A stretch of DNA of 28,743 nt from Phycisphaeraceae bacterium (GTDB lineage: Bacteria; Planctomycetota; Phycisphaerae; Phycisphaerales; Phycisphaeraceae), in the NCBI GenBank assembly GCA_003552605.1, contig PUNN01000518.1, positions 1 to 28,743 on the forward strand, given 5' to 3'. A program made the translations under genes and the position numbers. The stretch's first letter is position 1; each line of letters starts with the position of its first letter. Below, piece after piece: positions 16,309-23,312 of this stretch. Under the pieces are notes generated by a model, which did not search any database, had not been told where the DNA came from, and worked only from the letters and a program-made list of their open reading frames with translations.

Positions 16309-17613
16309 CTACACACCCGCCGGGGCGTGATCCTTGCCCCGTCCGCTGTCAATGCCGCTGTGCTCATGGCGGAGTTGGCCGCAGGCTGCGGCGATGTCTC
16401 GGCCACGGCTGGCGCGAATATGGGTGTTGACCCCGGCAGCTTGAAGGGTCTGTTGAAAGCGATAAACGTCTTCCGTCCCGGGCCGGCTGTACGGCAGGTC
16501 GCGGACTTCGTTGTAGCGGATCAGGTTGACGTTGGCACGCAGCGTGGAGGCGATGCGGGCAAGCTGATGGGCGTGCTCGCGGCGATCGTTGACATCGCGC
16601 AGCAGGATGTACTCGAGCGTGATCTCGCGGCCGGTCCGGTCGAAGTAGTAGCGGCCGGCATCGAGCAGTGCCTCGATGTCGGCATACGCCGCCCAAGGGA
16701 TCAACTCGCGGCGGAGTTCATCGTTGGGCGCATGCAGGCTCAGCGCCAGCGTGACCGGCAGTTGCAGGTCGGCGAGCCGCCGCATCTGCTGTGGCAGGCC
16801 CACCGTGCTGACCGTGATCCGGCGGCCAGAGATGCCCAGCCCCCAGTCGGCCCGGAGGATGTCGATGGCCTCGGTGACGTCATCGAAGTTAGCCAGCGGC
16901 TCACCCATGCCCATGAACACCACGTGACTGATGCGGCCAACGCCTTCCAGGGCACCAAGCTGCCAGACCTGCTCGACGATCTGACCGGCGGTGAGATTGC
17001 CATCGAGCCCGCCAAGGCCGGAGGCGCAGAACCGACACCCGACCGGACAGCCCACCTGCGAGCTGATACACGCCGTCCGCCGTCCCCCACCCCCGGAATG
17101 CGCACCTCCGGAACCCGTGCCCCGGTAATCTCCGGCGGCCCCACGGGGGCCAGGTTGCCCGCCCCGTGGCGTCCCACCGGGCCGGCCGGTCCGTTCAGAG
17201 GGGATCATCACGCATTCGGTCTGGTTGGCCCCGCCGCCCGCGGCGGCGCCCTTGCGGGTCAGTACGGTCAACGTGGCAGCTTCTTCGGTGGAGTTTGTCG
17301 CCTGGCCTGTAGGTCCTTGATCCGCCGTACCAGCCCCCGGGGGCCTGGGGAGCGTCCAGTCCAGCAGCAGCTTCTGCACCCCATCGGTGGCGCGCTGATG
17401 GCCCACCACGCGGCCGGCCTGAAACAGCAGCGACTGCCCGAGCACCTCACGGTCCGCCTTTGAAAGGTCGGTCATCACAGCGGGGTCGGCGATGTGGCGC
17501 TGGTAGACCCACCGCAGTACCTGCCTGGCGCGATATCGTGGCATACCCAGCCGATAAAGATGCTCGCCAAGCGCCTCGGGATCGAGGGCAAATATGTGGG
17601 GGTAATCAGGCAT
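16309..17613 (-). CDS. rlmN: 23S rRNA (adenine-2503-C2) / tRNA methyltransferase RlmN, with two low-complexity insertions
   Basis: ACISSQVGCPVGCRFCASG (radical-SAM CxxxCxxC), FMGMGEP, SLHAP, EYILL, RGRDIAAACGQL. Start placed at MPDYP (17613). Confidence 0.95.
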   Translation of the reverse strand: MPDYPHIFALDPEALGEHLYRLGMPRYRARQVLRWVYQRHIADPAVMTDLSKADREVLGQSLLFQAGRVVGHQRATDGVQKLLLDWTLPRPPGAGTADQGPTGQATNSTEEAATLTVLTRKGAAAGGGANQTECVMIPSERTGRPGGTPRGGQPGPRGAAGDYRGTGSGGAHSGGGGRRTACISSQVGCPVGCRFCASGLGGLDGNLTAGQIVEQVWQLGALEGVGRISHVVFMGMGEPLANFDDVTEAIDILRADWGLGISGRRITVSTVGLPQQMRRLADLQLPVTLALSLHAPNDELRRELIPWAAYADIEALLDAGRYYFDRTGREITLEYILLRDVNDRREHAHQLARIASTLRANVNLIRYNEVRDLPYSRPGTEDVYRFQQTLQAAGVNTHIRASRGRDIAAACGQLRHEHSGIDSGRGKDHAPAGV

Positions 17614-17705
17614 GTGAATCGGGTCGGGTTGAGACCACGTGGGCAATGCGCCCGCGGGCAGTAAGGCGGCGCATCGTCCCCATGCGGTTGTGCGCCATGA
17701 TAGGC

Positions 17706-17777
17706 GGTGCAGGCCACCGCGTGTCGCGGGGGAAAGGGCCGTGGGCGCCCGGACACGGCCGAGGGGAATACCCCGCG
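17706..17777. repeat. Degenerate palindromic cluster between divergent rlmN and pyrD
   Basis: GGTGCA...GTGTCGCGGG (17706-17730) resembles the outer arm of the other cassettes. Inverted pairs at 17725-17731/17771-17777 and 17737-17743/17754-17760. Confidence 0.4.
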
Positions 17778-17838
17778 GCACCGGGCTGACCCGGCATGGG
17801 CTGTCGGCCTGTCCCGGCAGGGCGGTCTGTGCTACAAA

Positions 17839-18876
17839 ATGAACATGAGCCCCCACGACACCGATGCTTCGACCCCCGCTGCGACATCAGCGGCGGCCGC
17901 CGCGGCGGCTTCTGCTGATTCGGTTGATCCCGGCCCGCAGCTCGGCATTGATCTCGCCGGGCTCAAGCTCGCCAACCCGCTGATGACCGCTTCCGGCACG
18001 TGCGGATATGGCAACGAGTACGCCGACTTTGTGGACCTGACCCGGCTCGGGGCGTTCGTCACCAAGAGCATCACCGCCGAGGTGCGGGCGGGCAACGAGG
18101 CTTACCGGATCGTCGAGACGCGCGGGGGGATGCTCAATGCCATCGGTCTTGCCAACATCGGCCTCGATGCGTTTGTCGAGCGAAAGCTGCCGGAACTGCG
18201 ACAGATGCGTCAGGCCGGCCCGCGGATCATCGTCAACGTCGCCGGCCACAGCGTCGATGATTACACCGCCGCGTGTGCCCGGATCAGCCGGGCCGAGGGG
18301 GTGGATGCGATCGAGCTCAACGTCAGTTGCCCCAACGTGCGGGATGGCTTGACCTTCGGCACCAACCCGCAACTGCTTTGCTCGCTGGTGCGCCAGGTGC
18401 GGGATGCGATGAGCGAGGCGTGTCCGCTGATCGTGAAGCTGTCGCCCAATGTCGGCGACATCACGCAAACGGCCGCCGCGGCGGTCGAGGGTGGCTGTCA
18501 GGTACTCAGCCTGATTAACACCTACACGGCAATGGCGGTCGATATCGAGACCCGCAGGCCGCGCCTTGCCAACGGAACAGGCGGCCTGTCCGGACCGGCC
18601 ATCCGGCCGCTGGCGGTATACCTCGTCAGCCGTGTATACCGCGAGGTGGCCCGGCCGGCGGGCGTGCCCATCATCGGCATGGGGGGTATTCAGTACTGGC
18701 AGGATGCGGTCGAATTTCTCCTTGCCGGCGCCACGGGGCTGGCGGTGGGGACGGCGCTGTTTGTCGACCCGGCCACGCCGTTAAAGGTCATGGATGGCCT
18801 TCGCCAATACCTCGATCGCCACGGGGTGAAAGCGGTGCAGGAAATCATCGGTACACTCGAATTGCCCGGCGATTAG
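17839..18876 (+). CDS. pyrD: Dihydroorotate dehydrogenase, family 1 (B-type catalytic subunit)
   Basis: NPLMTASGTCG, TKSIT, MLNAIGLANIG, IELNVSCPNV, VKLSPN, INT, GGLSGPAIRP, IIGMGGI. Start is 17839 or 17845. Confidence 0.95.
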   Translation: MNMSPHDTDASTPAATSAAAAAAASADSVDPGPQLGIDLAGLKLANPLMTASGTCGYGNEYADFVDLTRLGAFVTKSITAEVRAGNEAYRIVETRGGMLNAIGLANIGLDAFVERKLPELRQMRQAGPRIIVNVAGHSVDDYTAACARISRAEGVDAIELNVSCPNVRDGLTFGTNPQLLCSLVRQVRDAMSEACPLIVKLSPNVGDITQTAAAAVEGGCQVLSLINTYTAMAVDIETRRPRLANGTGGLSGPAIRPLAVYLVSRVYREVARPAGVPIIGMGGIQYWQDAVEFLLAGATGLAVGTALFVDPATPLKVMDGLRQYLDRHGVKAVQEIIGTLELPGD

Positions 18877-18956
18877 CGGGGGCCTCATCGCGGGATTTCT
18901 GGCGCTACTGCACCGCTGGCTGGATGCTTGTCTGCTGCGACCGCCCCTTCTGTCAG

Positions 18957-20036
18957 CTAATCAGCCTTGTCATCATCGCCCTTCAGATGCTTCTTGAGCC
19001 ACGCGGGTGCTTCGCGCTGTACATCGCCGCGGGGGTCGAGGTACAGGCCGAGATGCGTCACATCACGGGATTCGATCAACTCCACCGGGCCGGCGGCGGC
19101 GGCTTCGAGCCGGCGGGAATGGGTGATCGGCACGAGCATGTCGTGGGTGCCGTGGATCAGCAGGACCGGGGCCCGGGATCGGGCGATGGCATCGAGCGGG
19201 CTGGCCTCATCAGGATCAAACCCGGCCCGATCCGCGGCGGTATCGATCAGCCGGTCGATCGCATCATCGCTGAGAAACACCGTGGGGAAAGGGGCAAATC
19301 GCACGAGGAACTCGGGCACCACATCCCGCAGGGTGGCGAACGGGGCAAGCGCGACCACGGCTTCGATGCGCTCATCTTCCGCCGCCGCCTGGATCGCCAC
19401 GGCAGCGCCGTAAGAGATGCCCATCATGCCAACGCGACCGGAGAGCAACTCGCGCTGCCCGAGCTCATCAAGCACCTGGCTCATGTCCTGCGCATCCCGG
19501 GCGCCGTAGGTGAGGTGCTCCCCGGTCGACCGGCCGTGGCCGCGCATGTCCACGAGAATGCAGCGGAAACCCTCCCCTGCAAGCACCTGCGCCATGGGCA
19601 GCATGAACAGCTTGGGCACACGCCGGCCGTGCAGAAGGATGATGGTGCCTTCCGGCTCGGTCGTTTCGACACCCGCATCCACCGCTTCGCGTGATTTGTC
19701 GCCCGCGCTACCAGATGCATCTGCCTCGCCTGCCTGCCTGTCGACCCGGCCAGCAGCGGAATCACGATTCGCAGAAGTGGGTTCGACGATGAACAGATGC
19801 AGTGACGCCTCGGGCGGGCCAACGGTGATGCGGAGCTGTTTGTCGACGCCGAGCAGCTCGAGCGTCTTCGGGTCGGGATCGCTCTGCGGCGTCGGTGCCC
19901 GCCTTCGGTTGGGGGCATCGACCATGAATGAAACTACGTTATCACACCCGATCAGCGCCAAGAGCACAGCGCATAGCACCACCACGATTGGTGCCTTGCC
20001 GAGGGCGGGTGAGATCATCACCGGGTGCTGCTTCAC
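18957..20036 (-). CDS. Alpha/beta-fold serine hydrolase, predicted lipoprotein
   Basis: AAGGAG 6 nt before the GTG at 20036. Hydrophobic leader ending in LIGC (lipobox-like), LLHG, DMRGHG, GISYG (GxSxG), LIHGTHD, and a late His (VTHL). Confidence 0.85.
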   Translation of the reverse strand: MKQHPVMISPALGKAPIVVVLCAVLLALIGCDNVVSFMVDAPNRRRAPTPQSDPDPKTLELLGVDKQLRITVGPPEASLHLFIVEPTSANRDSAAGRVDRQAGEADASGSAGDKSREAVDAGVETTEPEGTIILLHGRRVPKLFMLPMAQVLAGEGFRCILVDMRGHGRSTGEHLTYGARDAQDMSQVLDELGQRELLSGRVGMMGISYGAAVAIQAAAEDERIEAVVALAPFATLRDVVPEFLVRFAPFPTVFLSDDAIDRLIDTAADRAGFDPDEASPLDAIARSRAPVLLIHGTHDMLVPITHSRRLEAAAAGPVELIESRDVTHLGLYLDPRGDVQREAPAWLKKHLKGDDDKAD

Positions 20037-20253
20037 GCCCGACTCCTTGGCGGCCAAGAGGCGGGGGTGGGGGTGGGTGCGCGACCGCGCCCCGGTGGGT
20101 GAATCAAGGCGCCCGCCCCGCGAGGGCGAGGGCGCATTCATACACCCGGTGCTGCAATCGCGGCCCGGCATTCGCCGCGTGCGGGATGCAACCGGACGGG
20201 GCAGGAACGCACACCGTCTCGGCGGGTACCGGGCATCAGTGGGCGCGGCCCTG

Positions 20254-20751
20254 CTAATCGGGCTGATCGTCCCCTGCCGCATCGGCCGGGTTGGCACTGG
20301 CCATCTCGGCGAGTTCTTCATCAGTGGGGTCGCGTACTTCCTCGACCTTCAGATCGAAGTTGAGCGTCACACCGGCGAGCGGGTGGTTGGCGTCCACGGT
20401 GACGTTCTCATCGTCCACATCCACCACGGTGACGACACGCGAGCCTTGGGAGGTCTGAGCCTCGAACTGCATGTCCGGCTGGATGTCTTCCACGCCTTGG
20501 AAGGCATCGCGTGGCACCTGCTGGACAAGGTTCTCATCGACCTCGCCGAAGGCTCTTTCGGGTGGGATGCTGAGGGTGAACTGCTCACCCTCGGACCGGC
20601 CATCAAGGGCCTGCTCGAGGCTGGGCAGGAGCGTGCCGAGACCGTGAAGGTAGGTCAGCGGGTGCTTGCCCTCGGTTGTCTCGAGCACGGAGCCATCATC
20701 ATCGGTGAGGGTGTAATTGACCGTGACGAGCTTTTGCTGCTGAATCTGCAT
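20254..20751 (-). CDS. slyD: FKBP-type peptidyl-prolyl isomerase SlyD, without His-rich tail
   Basis: VTVNYTLTDDDG, PLTYLHG, LEQALDG, PPERAFGE, VTVDANHPLAGVTLNFDLKV; AAGGA upstream. Confidence 0.93.
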   Translation of the reverse strand: MQIQQQKLVTVNYTLTDDDGSVLETTEGKHPLTYLHGLGTLLPSLEQALDGRSEGEQFTLSIPPERAFGEVDENLVQQVPRDAFQGVEDIQPDMQFEAQTSQGSRVVTVVDVDDENVTVDANHPLAGVTLNFDLKVEEVRDPTDEELAEMASANPADAAGDDQPD

Positions 20752-20800
20752 TGGGGGGGATCCTTAACTGGAAGATTCCAACGGATGGGTAGGTTCGGGC

Positions 20801-20806
20801 AGTCTA
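20801..20806 (-). promoter_or_regulatory. Candidate -10 TAGACT for slyD
   Basis: Reverse complement of AGTCTA, about 50 nt upstream of the slyD start. Confidence 0.4.
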
Positions 20807-21137
20807 GGCCAAACATTGGCCGGAGGGAAGGGCGGCGGCCAGAGATTGAGGGCAACTTTTCACCAAGATCGGTATCACGCCGGCTGCCGCATACGCGGCA
20901 AATGCCACCGAAATTGCGCAAGCGAGGCCGCATTCACGCAATCGATTACGAGTTCGGGCCAACCTGTGGCGAGGCAGGGCGCGGGCCTGTGGAGTAAGGA
21001 CCGGGCGGTACGGAGACCCCGGCGCGGTTATCGGCCCCATCGGAAGACGGCGGCGCATCCCCGTTTTCATCTGTGCCCGAGTTGCTCGCGGGCATCGCCG
21101 CAGTGGATGATGTGGAAGTTGCCGGGGCGGATCGCTG

Positions 21138-22583
21138 CTAGGGGTCGGTGCTCACGGGTGCGGCCGTCACCGGCGAGGCCACGTCTGCCCGACGTTTCAC
21201 GCCCAGTGCCGCAGCGCCGAGCTTGCGCCCCACCTCCCACACCGGCCCGGGAAAGCGGTGGCATGCGGCCACCACCTGTCCGAAGGCCGCGATGATCTCA
21301 TCGGCATCCGCCTCGCTGAGTACCAGTGGCGGGATCAGCTTGATCACGTCCATGTGATGGCCGGCGACCTGTGTAAGGATGCGGTGATCGCTCAGCAGCG
21401 GCATCAAGATCGCCTGGGGAAACAGGCTCGCATCGAGCTTGTGCAACAGCTTCCATCCCATCTTCAGGCCCACCGACCGGGGCGGGCCGAATTCGACGGC
21501 GAGCATCAACCCCTTGCCCCGTACCTCCCTGACCATCTCGAACTGATGGGCCAGTTGGGCCAGCCCCTGTTTCAAGTGCGCGCCTACCCGTTCAGCGTTC
21601 TCGACAATCCGCTCATGCTCAAGCACATGGAGTGTCGCGAGGCCGGCGACCATGGCCAGGTCGTTCTGGCCGAAGGTAGTCGAATGGACCACGCAGCGGT
21701 CCATGCTCGAGAAAACCTTCCTGTATATCCACCGCTTGGCCAGAACCGCTCCGACAGGGACGTAGCCACCGCTGAGGCCTTTGGCAGTGATCAGGATATC
21801 GGGCTCGACATTCCAGTGTTCACAGGCGAACATGCGGCCGGTGCGGCCGAAGCCGGTCTGAACCTCATCAAGCACCAGCAGCGTTCCAAACCGCTGACAC
21901 AACTCGGCTGCGCTGCGCAGATAATCATCATCCGGCACATGGACACCCTTGCCCTGGATCGGCTCGACAATGAAAGCGGCCACATCACGGTGTGCCAGTT
22001 CTGTTTCCAGCGCGGCAAGGTCGTTGAACGGCACCTGCGCGGTGTGCGGCAGCAGGGGGCCGAACCCCTCGCGGAACTCACTTCCCCCGTTCAGTGCCAG
22101 GGAACCGGTGGTCAGGCCGTGGAACCCCTTTTTGCAGTGGACGATGCGGTCACGGCCGGTGGCCGCACGCGCGTATTTGATGGCGGTCTCGACGCCTTCG
22201 GTGCCGCAGTTGGTGAAAAAGACCGTATCCAGGTCGCCCGGTGCGAGCTTGACCAGTTCTCGTGCGAGCAGTCCGGAAAGGCGATATGGGCCCATCTTGA
22301 CCAGATTGGGAAGCTCCATGTCCATCGCCTGGCGGATCGCATCACGCACCGTCGGGTGATTGCGACCCACGTTGAATACGGCGTAGCCGCCGAGGCAGTC
22401 GATGTAGCGGTTGCCGGCGTCATCAAAGAGATAAGCGCCCCGGCCATGAACGTAGTTGACGTCGAAGCCGATGGTGCGGAGCACCTTCGCGAATACGGGG
22501 TTGATATGCTCGGCAATCAGCGAAAGACTCTGTGAAGCCGGCCCATCAAGCAGGTTCCGAAGATCGAATGCAGGGGTGGTCAT
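21138..22583 (-). CDS. hpnO: Class III PLP aminotransferase, HpnO-like (aminobacteriohopanetriol synthesis)
   Basis: Class III motifs (FHG, VEPIQG, DEVQTGFGRTG, AKGLSGG) plus features I recall from HpnO: MDRCVVHSTTFGQNDLAM, EFGPPRS, DHRILTQVAGH, FPGPVW. It is adjacent to an HpnN-like gene. Confidence 0.8.
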   Translation of the reverse strand: MTTPAFDLRNLLDGPASQSLSLIAEHINPVFAKVLRTIGFDVNYVHGRGAYLFDDAGNRYIDCLGGYAVFNVGRNHPTVRDAIRQAMDMELPNLVKMGPYRLSGLLARELVKLAPGDLDTVFFTNCGTEGVETAIKYARAATGRDRIVHCKKGFHGLTTGSLALNGGSEFREGFGPLLPHTAQVPFNDLAALETELAHRDVAAFIVEPIQGKGVHVPDDDYLRSAAELCQRFGTLLVLDEVQTGFGRTGRMFACEHWNVEPDILITAKGLSGGYVPVGAVLAKRWIYRKVFSSMDRCVVHSTTFGQNDLAMVAGLATLHVLEHERIVENAERVGAHLKQGLAQLAHQFEMVREVRGKGLMLAVEFGPPRSVGLKMGWKLLHKLDASLFPQAILMPLLSDHRILTQVAGHHMDVIKLIPPLVLSEADADEIIAAFGQVVAACHRFPGPVWEVGRKLGAAALGVKRRADVASPVTAAPVSTDP

Positions 22584-22993
22584 CTTCAGGCTCCGGCCCG
22601 CCGTCACTGCGACGGCACGGGCAAGGCGATGGCACAGGCCACAAGTCTGGGAACAATCCGAACCTCGCGGCAGCCGTGGATGCCCCAGGCTTCACCCGCT
22701 GCTCCGCCACGCTGCGTTCGCGGCCCCGGCCGGGGTAAACGGCTCGAGCCCACAGCGTGACCTTGCCGGCGCCACGAAGCTCCATTACTGGCGGGGGAGC
22801 CGATTCGTGCGGAGCAAGATGTTTCCAGGGGATCGCGGGAGCATGCCGGGACGTGCCGCAACCCCATGGGGGCAGCCTTGCCATAGCTCACTCGAGCGTC
22901 TCCTGCTTACAGGATCGTTATCCGTGCTCGCCGGTTGTGTGCTTTCATCGCCGCTTCCGCCGTCCCGCGGGGCCGAAGCGGCTGTCGTGGCGT

Positions 22994-23023
22994 TTGCCAA
23001 GCCTTAAATCGTATCTGTATTAT
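22994..23023 (+). promoter_or_regulatory. Candidate sigma70 promoter TTGCCA-N18-TATTAT facing hpnN
   Basis: -35 at 22994-22999 and -10 at 23018-23023, in a conspicuously AT-rich patch. Confidence 0.5.
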
Positions 23024-23312
23024 TTCGCGGGCGTCAAAGGGCCTGCGCGGCGATGAGCCGCTATGGCCCCCATGATTTGCCGATCTGGTGCGCCCCACTT
23101 GCGATCATTCGGGCGAGGGTCAGTCACCGTTGACCTGCCTTGAGCCCTCCTGGCGCCCCGGCACCGGAAGCCATGCCTGTGGTCGTCCGGCGCAATGTTC
23201 GGGCAACCTGCCCGCGGTCACCGGTGGAGGGCCGACGAGCGCTACACAGTGCCGATGCCCCATCGGTGCATGCATACCCTGCCCACCCCCCTGAGTTGAG
23301 GACGTTGATTTC

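Noticed and set aside
20830-21137. AT-richer gap between slyD and hpnO as a small gene or ncRNA
   Set aside because: It has short hairpins and palindromes only, no credible ORF with an RBS, and no recognisable RNA motif.
23053-23133. 26-aa ORF (MSRYGPHDLPIWCAPLAIIRARVSHR) in the putative hpnN leader
   Set aside because: No SD sequence, no informative composition, and the length is expected by chance.
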